The notes: generated by a model from the letters alone, not told the origin. Positions 29,601-38,788 are shown, counted from the first letter of the stretch. The stretch is DNA of 64,000 bases from Chloroflexota bacterium (GCA_965217845.1 OZ244573.1:1976610-2040609); one strand, 5' to 3'. Numbers and translations are program-made.

Positions 29601-29732
29601 TTCAAGCGGTGCCAATAGCTGCAACGTTACACACCGGGCGATGAACCCACCGGGGTTGACGGTTTGATTCGCAACACGTCCCGGTCAGCGGCACGCCATT
29701 TTCGGATTGGGGGTATCCGTCAGGAGGCAAGA

Positions 29733-29972
29733 ATGGGCGCCAAATCACGCGTCTCGAAATTGGGTTGCGGCCTCGCAGTCCGCATCCCCAAGACCGTCGT
29801 CGAGCAGTGGGGCGTCGACGAGGGGTCGGTCATCGAGATCATCTCGCACGGCGAAGACGTCCTGCTCCGCAAACGCCGGTACAGCCTCGACAATCTGATC
29901 GCCGACATGGATCGCGACCGCCAGGGTCCGGTACAGGACTGGGGTTCGCCGCACGGTTCAGAAACGTGGTAG
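29733..29972 (+). CDS. Type II antitoxin, MazE/PemI (AbrB/SpoVT swapped-hairpin) family
   Basis: 79 aa (MGAKSRVSKLGCGLAVRIPKTVVEQWGVDEGSVIEIISHGEDVLLRKRR…); AGGAGG sits 7 nt upstream of the ATG at 29733. Immediately followed by a PemK/MazF-like reading frame. Confidence 0.65.
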   Translation: MGAKSRVSKLGCGLAVRIPKTVVEQWGVDEGSVIEIISHGEDVLLRKRRYSLDNLIADMDRDRQGPVQDWGSPHGSETW

Positions 29973-30303
29973 GCCGTGAAGACGCCCCTGATCGCGGCGA
30001 CATTATTTGGCTCGTTTTTGCATCCCCGGCTGGACCCGAGCAGGCGGGCCGCCGTCCCGCCCTTATCCTGGGCCCGCGCTCTTACAACATGCGCTCCAGC
30101 GTGGCGCTGGCGTGCCCGATATCCTCGCGGGTCACGGGTTGGCCCTCCGAATCCGGTTGCCTGACCGGGGCCCGTCTCCGGGGTCGTACCGGCGGACCAG
30201 ATCCGAAGCCTGTATTAGGACGCGTGGCGCGCCCGGCATGCGGGACGAGCTCCCCGGAAAGTTGTGGCGGAAGTCCTGGCGAATGCGCGCGCTGCTCGAG
30301 TGA
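29966..30303 (+). pseudogene. PemK/MazF-family toxin gene, apparently frameshifted (N-terminal half in one frame, C-terminal remnant in another)
   Basis: The frame starting at GTG 29966 (overlapping the antitoxin stop) encodes PDRGDIIWLVFASPAGPEQAGRRPALILGPRSYNMRSSVALACPISSRV, closely matching the Kid/PemK/MazF N-terminal half. The expected C-terminal motif (IRTRGAPGMRDELPGKLWRKSWRMRALLE*) appears only in the other frame, ending at 30303. Confidence 0.45.
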
Positions 30304-30439
30304 CAGGGCCCGACGCCATGCCCTGGAGGCGACCCATCGGCGTCGGAGCCAACGCACCCAGGCAGTTTCAGGCAACAAACGCCAACGCGTTGCTGGCGGG
30401 GCGCGGCCGCCGCGGTGCCCCAATCTCATGCCCTTGGCG

Positions 30440-30730
30440 CCCTATTCCAATCCCGGCCGGCAATGAACCTGGCCATCAGTGGACGGTCCTATGGCAAATT
30501 GCACGGTGGCATGTCGCCGGCGGTTTGGGCGAGAACCGATGAAGACGACCACGCCGGGTGCAATTGCCTGCGGCGACGTCCACCGCGATATATCGCCGGT
30601 GGTTTGGGTAATCGCGCACGGTCCCAACGCAGCACGCGGGATTGATCGCTATATAGCTGAGGGGCGAATCTTCCGGCGCGGTCGATTACCGGCGAACTCG
30701 GGGTCGGTCGGTAACAACTTCAATCGCTAA
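30440..30730 (+). pseudogene. Degenerate duplicate of the 3' end of gltD (about 95 codons, about 70% nt identity, at least one frameshift)
   Basis: Frame-A translation …PIPIPAGNEPGHQWTVLWQ… matches GltD …LIAIGFAGPHGESLMGQ…, and frame-B MKTTTPGAIACGDVHRDISPVVWVIAHGPNAARGIDRYIAEGR matches the GltD C-terminus [41 protein letters not shown]. Confidence 0.55.
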
Positions 30731-30865
30731 AGGGTGCCACTACCCAGTTGGCGATTCTCTGCGCGCCGCTCGAACCGGCTGACGATCGATTCGCCAACTT
30801 TGACCGAGATTTTGCTCACGCAAATCTAAGCGGTTCCCGATTCAGGTGCTGGCTCCTGGTCAATG

Positions 30866-31297
30866 TCATCGGAGAACGAGGTAGCGTCTACTTTCGGCCC
30901 CCAATACTGCCCCGGTCGGCACACGGGAATCGAACGTGACAAGTGTTCCGTCGTTTTTGACGGCAAGTGCTAGCAGATAGACGTCCATGAGTTGTTGCGA
31001 CCCCAAAATGTGCGACCTGGCAATCACCTCAAGCTCAAGCAGATTCACATCATCGGCCCAAAATTCGTGTAATTCATTTGCCGTCGCCTCGGCAAGGCGC
31101 ATTGCAACGTCGCGGGGGGCAAGGTTATTGGGGTACGAAGGATTCGACATGACCCTAATGCAACCTAGTTGCGTAATTGGGCAAGAGGCCCATCTGCGGA
31201 CACGGTTGCCCCGCATCCAATTCATGGCCGTCAAATGGTGAACGTGCTTGACGTCAAGAAGCGCGATCAGCACGTTTACGTCAAGCAATGCCCGCAT
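30866..31297 (-). CDS. vapC: VapC-type PIN-domain toxin
   Basis: 143 aa (MRALLDVNVLIALLD…DVYLLALAVKNDGTLVTFD) with conserved PIN acidic residues. Its ATG overlaps the stop of the upstream antitoxin by 1 nt (TGATG). Confidence 0.7.
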   Translation of the reverse strand: MRALLDVNVLIALLDVKHVHHLTAMNWMRGNRVRRWASCPITQLGCIRVMSNPSYPNNLAPRDVAMRLAEATANELHEFWADDVNLLELEVIARSHILGSQQLMDVYLLALAVKNDGTLVTFDSRVPTGAVLGAESRRYLVLR

Positions 31298-31548
31298 CAG
31301 GTCCCAATTTCGTCTCGTATGCGGTTTACAAGCTCGTTGGTAACAACACCACGGCTCGAGTGGAATGGACGAAATCCAATCCCGGACGCGTCGTCGTGCG
31401 TCGAACCCTCGGGCCCTGCAGACAGCGAAGATTCCAACGAGCATCGGATCAGGTCGGACGCAACCTGACCAGCCGTGCGCGATTCGCGCTTGGCAATCTC
31501 CTTAATGGCGAATAGCAGGTCTTCGTCGAGATTCAGCGTGGTTCTCAT
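31297..31548 (-). CDS. vapB: VapB-family antitoxin
   Basis: 83 aa starting MRTTLNLDEDLLFAIKEIAKRESRTAGQV…, the common VapB N-terminus, directly upstream of vapC and translationally coupled to it. Confidence 0.55.
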   Translation of the reverse strand: MRTTLNLDEDLLFAIKEIAKRESRTAGQVASDLIRCSLESSLSAGPEGSTHDDASGIGFRPFHSSRGVVTNELVNRIRDEIGT

Positions 31549-31880
31549 CCGCTGCTCCAAGCAACCTGGAAGGTCGACAGCCAAGGCTACATCACGCATC
31601 GCGCATCACCGTCGCCGAGGTTGCACAAATACCTGACTCCCGAACTCTCGGTTCTCAGGAATTCATGAACGGATTCGCGTGACAAATGGTCATCCCGACT
31701 TGCGTGGCCCGGTTGAACTTCGGTCGCGCTTCGCCGGATTTTTGGCCGATTGCCTCGATCGTGACCAAGGCCGCTGTTGTCTTGACGATCTTGACGGCAA
31801 TCATGCCGGTTGGCGGCTCGCTCCGTCGAATGGCACCGACGCGACGGCAATGCTGCCAATAACGGTCGACCGTCTTCACT

Positions 31881-32993
31881 GTGCCCGGCGCCAGTTGGCG
31901 GGCTGAACGATACCAAGGATCTTCCAGACCCGCTCACCGATCGGGAGCTTGCACCGCAGCGGTCAAATGCCCCGCAAGGGGCTACCCAATCGCCCGAATA
32001 ACACCTGCCGCTTCGATTTTGGCCGCGGCCAAACACTGGAAACAGAGATCTCTGAGAAATCAAGAATCGCTGTTCGCCGCAGGGTCGCTGTGGACGTTTG
32101 AGCGATTCGATGAGCTCCGGCAGTTATACGTTGACCACTCCATCGAGACACCAGAGGGGTTATTGGTCAAACTCAAGCGCCAACTCTCCCCTGGGTCGGC
32201 GGATGCGCCTTGTCTGTTCGCCGAGATGGCCTGGGTCTACGACTTAATCGTGGTGCGCGACCCCAAAAGGCCTCAAACAAAGCGCGACCAAATTCGCCAA
32301 ATCTGGAGTTGGTCGGGTGAAGCCCGGCCCGCAGGACACCGATTGTTGAGGGATGATGTGCTCGGGGCGGGCGTTTCGGACCCCGGAACGGCCTACAACG
32401 TTCGCAATTGGGCCGAGCACCAGTTCTTTATCGTCGCAATGGGCGAATTCTTCCCGATGGGCAAAGAATAGTCGCTGGCGAATTCGTCCTTGATTCCGCC
32501 ATTGAAGCAGTTGGCGGGTTACCCCGGTCACCTCGGGATAGTAGGCACGGCGGCAGCGTTCGACTTCGAACCGGACCCTGTTGACCAGTTGGTTGTGTTC
32601 GGCGGTGTCGAGGTCGAATTCGAGATTCGCGGTCTGTTTGCGACCTCTCGGCGCCGGCAGCAATGCAAGGCTGGGGCGTCGCCCGCGGACCGGTTCTTCG
32701 TTGATGGCACGCAAATTCCGGTCCAAGCGCCAGTACCACCGCGGCGGGCCGTAGGGACCGTTAAGTACGTACTCACCGGGTCAAGATTGTCAGGCGTACA
32801 CGAGTTGCCCAACTCGTCGTTCAAGCCATTCAGTTCCAAATCCATTCCGGGTCCGGGGTCGAGCGCGATTCATACCGGGCGGGGCTTGATAGGTGTATCC
32901 GCCGAAAAACTCTTGTCGACCAATTCCTGCCCTTTAATTACATGGCGAATTCCGGTGGCCGAATCAGCGCGCCGTTGGGCCCAGGAAGGGTAG
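31881..32993 (+). pseudogene. Remnant of a gene of unknown function in the lower-GC islet (5'-truncated; one in-frame TAG at 32469-32471)
   Basis: Two ORF-track ORFs (31881..32471 and 32490..32993) are in the same frame, separated by a single TAG. Strong GC3 bias begins only near codon 60. No recognisable family; local GC is about 52-56% versus about 68% in the flanks. Confidence 0.3.
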
Positions 32994-33057
32994 CAATGTG
33001 CAGAAATTCGACCGTGATTGCAACCCCGAGTGCTGCATGAGATTGCCAGCGCATTAA

Positions 33058-33888
33058 TCAGACTCCGGCTTCGTCAAATGCGCGTCGCAGCGATTGATGG
33101 CCCAGCCGCGCGCTCGCAAACGGATCGTATCCGGGCCGGCGTTGAACCATGACCGAGACTTCCAGGGTTTGAAACCCCGAGTATCCGGCCGCTTCCATCA
33201 GGCGCAGTTCAGCGGCGTAATCGTAATCGTCTTCGCCCGGGACCACGAATTCGTGTTCAGGCCAACGGCCGGTGACCCCTTTCAAATGCGTGTGCAGCGT
33301 GTCGCCGGCCAACAGATTGATCGACGTGTTCAGGTCGATGTCCTGGGCCAGGAAATGGGAATAGTCAAAGTTCACGCCCAAGTTCTGACGACCCAGTTGT
33401 TCCAGCACCCAGGCGGTCTGCTGGGGAGTGTGCAGTGCCGAACCCACATGCGGCTCCAGGGCGATATCGACCGAGGCCGCCCGCGCCGCTTCAAGCACCG
33501 GTGCGAGGTGATCAAGCACCAGCTGGCGCTGACCAACCCAGTTGCCGCTGCGACCACCCACGGTGGTATTTATGGCCGGGGGATTGTCGGAGGCTAATTC
33601 GCACGCCAGGGAGATGGCCCGGTTGAGGCGTTGGTAGCTGCCCGCAAGAGCCTTCTCGTCAACGTCAAGTAATGGTGAGTGGGCCGCAATCGCCGGTAGG
33701 TCCAGGTCAAGTTCATCCAACATGTCGCGCCAACTGCGCACCGTTACCGGGGTCAGGTCCTCAATTCGGGTCGACCAAGCGGGCAGGACGGTGAGCTCGA
33801 CCCCGGCGAACCCCAGTTCGGCGGCAAAGCGCGCAAAGCGTTCGAACCCCACTTGGGGCATGCCCCAGTTCGAAATACCCAACTGCAT
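33058..33888 (-). CDS. Sugar phosphate isomerase/epimerase (xylose-isomerase-like TIM barrel)
   Basis: 276 aa from MQLGISNWGMPQ…; AP-endonuclease-2/xylose-isomerase-like fold motifs. The ORF track's 5' extension (to 34161) is Arg-rich junk. Confidence 0.75.
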   Translation of the reverse strand: MQLGISNWGMPQVGFERFARFAAELGFAGVELTVLPAWSTRIEDLTPVTVRSWRDMLDELDLDLPAIAAHSPLLDVDEKALAGSYQRLNRAISLACELASDNPPAINTTVGGRSGNWVGQRQLVLDHLAPVLEAARAASVDIALEPHVGSALHTPQQTAWVLEQLGRQNLGVNFDYSHFLAQDIDLNTSINLLAGDTLHTHLKGVTGRWPEHEFVVPGEDDYDYAAELRLMEAAGYSGFQTLEVSVMVQRRPGYDPFASARLGHQSLRRAFDEAGV

Positions 33889-33914
33889 CCGCCGTGACCT
33901 TGCTCCGGGCGCGT

Positions 33915-34829
33915 TCAGGGGGCCGGGAAGCGCAGCGCGCCGCGCCGGTTTGTTCGCGCCCGCAGCAGCGCGCCGGTACCGGTGGTCACGTAAAGATCGG
34001 TCAGATCGGGGCCGCCGAAGGTGCAATTGGTCGGCATGTCCCTGGGCACTGGATGGGTCTCTATGATTCGCCCGGACCGGGCAATGACGTAGATCATCGA
34101 TCCCGGGCCCTCGCCGTCGCGGCCGGCGGCGGCAACGATATTGCCTTCGCTGTCCCAGCACATTCCGTCGATTGCGCGATGGGGGAAGAAGTTGTGGACC
34201 ACGCGCGGCTTGCCCAGCGATCCGTCGGCAAGGATCGGATAGGACCGCAATTCGCGCGGCTCGCCCTCATCCTTGCCGCAATTGGAGACGAACAGCTCGC
34301 CCTGGTCGGGCGAGACCAAAATCCCGTTGGGGCGGGTGGTGTCGAAGGTGACGCGCTCGATCGACCAACCCCCGCCAGCGTCCGGGTCGAGGCGATAGAC
34401 GGACTGGTGATCGAGCTGCATGGGCGGCGACAGGTCGTCGTAGCGCGGATCGGTGAACCAGATCCGGCCCATTTCGTCGAAAGCCATGTCGTTGGGACTG
34501 TTGAGCCGTCGGCCCTCGAATTCGGACACCAGGATATCGAATTTGCCGCCGGCGCGGTAACGACAGATGGCGCCGCGGTTCTGGCTGCAGCCGTAAAGCT
34601 GGCCGTCCCGGTCAAAGAGCAGTCCGTTGGTCCGGGCGGTATCTTCGTGCCACGGCTCCGAGTGGCCGCTTTCGGGGTCAAAGGCCATGATGCGGCTGTT
34701 GTTGATATCCGTAAGCAACAGCCGGGACCCGTCCCAGGCCGGGCCCTCGGCCAGGGTGTAGCCTTCTTCGAGAAGTTCAAATTCCCAACTCACGACGGCC
34801 TCCCACAATGGGTTCTTGGGGTACAGCAA
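33915..34829 (-). CDS. SMP-30/gluconolactonase/LRE-family protein (six-bladed beta-propeller lactonase)
   Basis: 304 aa with repeated beta-propeller blade motifs (…GPAWDGSRLLLTDI…NGLLFDRDGQLY…SPNDMAFDEMGRIWFTD…). Confidence 0.8.
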   Translation of the reverse strand: MLYPKNPLWEAVVSWEFELLEEGYTLAEGPAWDGSRLLLTDINNSRIMAFDPESGHSEPWHEDTARTNGLLFDRDGQLYGCSQNRGAICRYRAGGKFDILVSEFEGRRLNSPNDMAFDEMGRIWFTDPRYDDLSPPMQLDHQSVYRLDPDAGGGWSIERVTFDTTRPNGILVSPDQGELFVSNCGKDEGEPRELRSYPILADGSLGKPRVVHNFFPHRAIDGMCWDSEGNIVAAAGRDGEGPGSMIYVIARSGRIIETHPVPRDMPTNCTFGGPDLTDLYVTTGTGALLRARTNRRGALRFPAP

Positions 34830-34839
34830 GAGTGCTCGC

Positions 34840-36000
34840 TCACGCGGATTGTTGCACGCGTGGCGGCGTCTTACGCAGGGTTTCGGGCACGAACAACAGG
34901 ATCAATATCCCGCCGAATATCCCGATCGCGCCCAGGATCACCGAACCGGCCTCGAAACCGATGCTGTCGCCGAACTGTCCCGGAAGCACACTCCCAGAGA
35001 ACTCACCGACTTCGCCGATCGCCCGCCAGGCGCCCAGGAATTCGCTTATCCGATCGGCCGGGGACAGGTCCACGCCCAGGGTCATCAGGGCGCCTGAACC
35101 CAGTCCATTGCCGACTCCCAGCACCGCCGACGCCAGCAGCAGGAGTGGCCAGGAATCTGAAAATGCGACCAGAAACATGCCCAGGCCCATGACCGTAAAC
35201 GAGGGTACCGAACAGAATTTGCGGCCATAGCGGTCCATCATCCAGCCGGCCAGCGGGAAGAATGCCATGTCCAAGGCACCCCCGACGGCGGTAATGTAGC
35301 CGATCGCCGAGGCGTCGAGTTCGAGAACGAAGGCCCCGAAGAAGGGGATGATCGCCAGCCGGGCGGCGCGGGTGAACTGCCCCAGGAAGGCCCCGAGCGA
35401 GGCGATCGCAACCCGCGGCGCAAGGTACGCCCGGGCCACGTCCAGCCCCTGAAAGGAGGAGGTCCGCGGCGGTCCGCGGCGATGAAGATTGGCCTCGTCA
35501 CGCTGGCCGAACCAGGACGCCAACGCGGCCAGCGCCTGGAATGCCGCCGCAACCGCAAAGAGGGCCCGCAGATCGATGAAGGCGCCGAACAATCCCACCA
35601 GCGCCGGCCCCAGAAAAAACCGCGAGATCCGCATCGTGCCGCCCAGCATGGCGGTTGCGCGGCCGCGGTGCTCGATGTTGACCGCCTCGCCGAGGAGCGT
35701 AACCCGTGAGAGGAACACCATCGAAAGTCCGCAACCAAACATCAGGCGCAGCACCAACACCTGGCTGAATTCGTCGACAAATACCAGCGGCAGGGTGGTG
35801 GCCAGCATCACCAGCGAGCCGATGGTGGTTACCAGGCGGTTGGAGAACCGGCCGAGCAACAAACCGCCCGGTACGTTGAACAGGATCGTTCCGACCGAGA
35901 CAATCGCCACACCGACCGCGACCGCGGTGTAACTTACCCCGAACTCGGCGATAAGCAGCGGCAGCGTGGGTACCAGCATCCCCACGCCCACGAAGAACAA
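34840..36000 (-). CDS. MFS transporter
   Basis: 386 aa with 12 TM helices and the MFS signature loop (…GWMMDRYGRKF…). TTG start; possibly a few codons longer. Confidence 0.8.
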   Translation of the reverse strand: MFFVGVGMLVPTLPLLIAEFGVSYTAVAVGVAIVSVGTILFNVPGGLLLGRFSNRLVTTIGSLVMLATTLPLVFVDEFSQVLVLRLMFGCGLSMVFLSRVTLLGEAVNIEHRGRATAMLGGTMRISRFFLGPALVGLFGAFIDLRALFAVAAAFQALAALASWFGQRDEANLHRRGPPRTSSFQGLDVARAYLAPRVAIASLGAFLGQFTRAARLAIIPFFGAFVLELDASAIGYITAVGGALDMAFFPLAGWMMDRYGRKFCSVPSFTVMGLGMFLVAFSDSWPLLLLASAVLGVGNGLGSGALMTLGVDLSPADRISEFLGAWRAIGEVGEFSGSVLPGQFGDSIGFEAGSVILGAIGIFGGILILLFVPETLRKTPPRVQQSA

Positions 36001-36250
36001 GAATGCGGGCAGGTAAAGGGGAATCAGCAGGCGCCGGATAGTTGTGGCTATAGAAATGCGCGGACCAGTCCCGGCGCCATCAAAGGGTCGATTGCCAACT
36101 CCTAGGTTATGTGATCATCCCAGCCAGCCCCATCCGGGCCCGAATAGTCCATTAACATGATTTGGGCGTTTGTAGGGTGAGCGCCGTGCAGTCCTCACAT
36201 ATATCTACAGGCCTGCGCACGGGGCTCGACTGATCGGAAATCGGATCGAC

Positions 36251-38788
36251 ATGGCAACATCCAGCACCGCGACGCGATCGGTGAGAGTCGGCTCTCGGGC
36301 CGGCCCCGGGCGCGCGAACCAGCTCAGCGTTGAAGTTCCCGAATACGGCCGCCAGCAGCTTGAGGACACCGCGTTCCTGACTTCGATGCTGCTGGTGCTG
36401 CTTGGAAACTATTCGCAGACCGGGCACTTCGGGGGGCCGCTGGCCTACACCCCCTACAACGTCGCGGTGCACCTGGTGGGCCCTCAACTGGGCGGGTTGG
36501 CCTACGATCTGCGACGCCCCAAGCACCCCAACGCCGACAACTTCATGCTCGCCGGTGGGCACTGCATTCCAACCTGTTACGCGCTTTGGACAGTGCTCTG
36601 CGAGGCGCTGGAGCGTCAGCGTGCCGCAACCGGCGACGATCGTTATGCCACCGATGCGGGGCAGAACATGCTGTCCGTTGACACGATCGGCTTTCGCCGC
36701 GGCGCCGGTGCCCTAGCCACGATTCTGGAGGAGAACGGCCTGGTTGATCACCCGCTGTTTGCCCAGGCCAAGGGCCGCGGGATCAGGGCCCTGGCCGGGC
36801 ACGCCGAGACCACCGACATGACCAATGACGTCAATGGCGGACCGTCCGGGGTCGGCTTTTCCACCTCGGCCGGCAAGGCCATGTTCTGGGACTTTGCCGG
36901 ATCCCCGGCCGAGCGCAAGACGATCGTCTTCGAGGGCGAAATGGCGCTGACCGAGGGGCACGCCCAGGAGATCAAGACCATCGCGCTGGCCCAGAAGGTG
37001 GGCAAGCGCCTGCGGGTAATGAACTCGTTTAACAACGCCGGCATCGACGATTCGCTCCTCGACGGCGTAATCGACGCCAAGTACACCGCCTACAGCCTGC
37101 CCGACCAGTGGGCCTCCTACGGTTGGAACGTCCTCACGCTCGAGGACGGGAACCAGCTCGACCAGGTCGTGGCGGCGCTCAAGACCATGGAGGAGTGGGA
37201 CTTCTCCGACCGCCGACCCATGATCACCGTGGGCCGTACCCTCAAGGGATGGTGGCCCGGCGCAGTCGACGGACGCGTCAATGGCCACGACCAGATCGTC
37301 GACGCCGCCTCGCACCCTTACACCCTGGCCATGAACAGCCCCTACTTCCTGGCGCTGGCCAAGTCGTTCGAGCAGCGCTTCGGGGTCGAATTCACCGGCA
37401 TCCGCGATGGGGTCCCAGGTTCGGAGCGCGAGCGCCTGATCGAGTTCAAGACCAACGTCGACACGGTGCTTTCGGTCCTCGACGGCGGTCTGGGAGCATG
37501 GCTGGCAGAGCGCCTGGTTTCGATCGGCGATGCCCTGCCCGATGAAATGCCTTCCCGCATCAACGTCGACCGCGACCCGTTCCACGACGAACGCCTGGCG
37601 CCGGACAACCTGCCCCGCCAGACGGTAACGGTAAGTTCGGCCGGGGTGGAAGCTCAGGTCCGGCTGTTCCGGGAGCCGGGTGAAAAGGCCGGCACGCGGC
37701 GCGCGATTTCGGAGCTGGGCAAATGGCTCAACTACGTCACCGACAACCGCTTCATCACCATTGCCGCCGACCTCTCGGACTCGATCAATATCGAGAACGC
37801 CCATTTCACGCATGAGTACGATCCCGAGGAAAACCCCGGCGGGACGCGCCTCAGGGCGGGGATCGAGGAGGCCGGCAACGCCGGCACGATCGCCGGTCTG
37901 GTATCGCAGTCGCTATCGCTGGATCCGGACCGCCATGCCGGAGTGTGGGGTCTGACCGGCACCTACGGGGCCTTCACGCCGCTGATGTACACGCCGGTCC
38001 GGGTCTTCTCGCAGCAGAACCAAGACTCGCGGTTCGCCAACGGCGTGCTTACGGTCCTGGCCGGGCACTCGGGTCCGGAGACCGCCGCCGACGCCCGCAC
38101 CCACTTTGGAATATTCGCCCCGCAGGTCTGGACCATGTTCCCGCGCGGTCAGATCACCAACCTCTATTTCTGGGACTACAACGACGTCGCCCCCGGTTAC
38201 TTTGCCGCCGTGCATCACGCCGCCCGCCACAAGGAAGCGGGGGTGATCGTGATCCACGTTGCCCGGCCCGACTTCCTGGTCGCCGACCGCGCCAACTTTG
38301 CCGACAGCGATCTACTGGCGGCCGCCCGCGGTGCCTACGTGATCCGCGATTACGATCCCGCCGCGCCAAGGCAGGGCAGCGTCTACGTGCAGGGTTCATC
38401 CTCGACCAACAACCTGGTCTCGGTTATCCCGCAGCTGGAAGCGGAGGGAATCAACGTCCGGATCGTGGCAGTTATATCCGAGGACCTGCTGCGCCTGCAG
38501 GACGATGCTTACCAGCAGAAGATCCTTTCCGATGCCGACCGGTTCGACTGCACGTTCGTAACGACCCTGACCAAGCGGGTGCCGCCGCTGTCCAACCTGG
38601 GTCCATTCGCCGAACGCTACGCGCTCAGTTCCGATTTCGACGATCGTTGGCGCACCGGTGGAACCGAGGCCGACGTGATCGCCGAATCGCGCCTGGATCC
38701 CGAATCGATCCTGGCCGGGATCCGCAGGTTCGCGGCCGCTCGCCAGGAGCGCGTCGCACTGGCGCGCAGCGCGCTCAGTCAACTCTGA
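36251..38788 (+). CDS. Transketolase-superfamily thiamine-diphosphate enzyme, unusually long (845 aa) with an inserted segment of about 200 aa between the PP and Pyr domains
   Basis: N-terminal ThDP-binding PP domain resembling TK/PDH-E1 (GHFGGPLAYTPYNVAVHL…GHCIPTCYALW…GHAETTDMTNDVNGGPSGVGFSTSAGKA). C-terminal Pyr-like domain (…VLTVLAGHSGPETAADARTHFGIFAPQVW…). No phosphoketolase motifs. Confidence 0.6.
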   Translation: MATSSTATRSVRVGSRAGPGRANQLSVEVPEYGRQQLEDTAFLTSMLLVLLGNYSQTGHFGGPLAYTPYNVAVHLVGPQLGGLAYDLRRPKHPNADNFMLAGGHCIPTCYALWTVLCEALERQRAATGDDRYATDAGQNMLSVDTIGFRRGAGALATILEENGLVDHPLFAQAKGRGIRALAGHAETTDMTNDVNGGPSGVGFSTSAGKAMFWDFAGSPAERKTIVFEGEMALTEGHAQEIKTIALAQKVGKRLRVMNSFNNAGIDDSLLDGVIDAKYTAYSLPDQWASYGWNVLTLEDGNQLDQVVAALKTMEEWDFSDRRPMITVGRTLKGWWPGAVDGRVNGHDQIVDAASHPYTLAMNSPYFLALAKSFEQRFGVEFTGIRDGVPGSERERLIEFKTNVDTVLSVLDGGLGAWLAERLVSIGDALPDEMPSRINVDRDPFHDERLAPDNLPRQTVTVSSAGVEAQVRLFREPGEKAGTRRAISELGKWLNYVTDNRFITIAADLSDSINIENAHFTHEYDPEENPGGTRLRAGIEEAGNAGTIAGLVSQSLSLDPDRHAGVWGLTGTYGAFTPLMYTPVRVFSQQNQDSRFANGVLTVLAGHSGPETAADARTHFGIFAPQVWTMFPRGQITNLYFWDYNDVAPGYFAAVHHAARHKEAGVIVIHVARPDFLVADRANFADSDLLAAARGAYVIRDYDPAAPRQGSVYVQGSSSTNNLVSVIPQLEAEGINVRIVAVISEDLLRLQDDAYQQKILSDADRFDCTFVTTLTKRVPPLSNLGPFAERYALSSDFDDRWRTGGTEADVIAESRLDPESILAGIRRFAAARQERVALARSALSQL

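Noticed and set aside
32244-32845. Minus-strand ORFs 32244..32726 and 32528..32845 in the low-GC segment
   Set aside because: They compete with the longer same-region plus-strand frame, which shows coherent GC3 bias over about 360 codons. They are kept as an alternative if codon statistics favour the minus strand.
36713-37813. 366-aa minus-strand ORF
   Set aside because: It is antisense to the transketolase-like gene.
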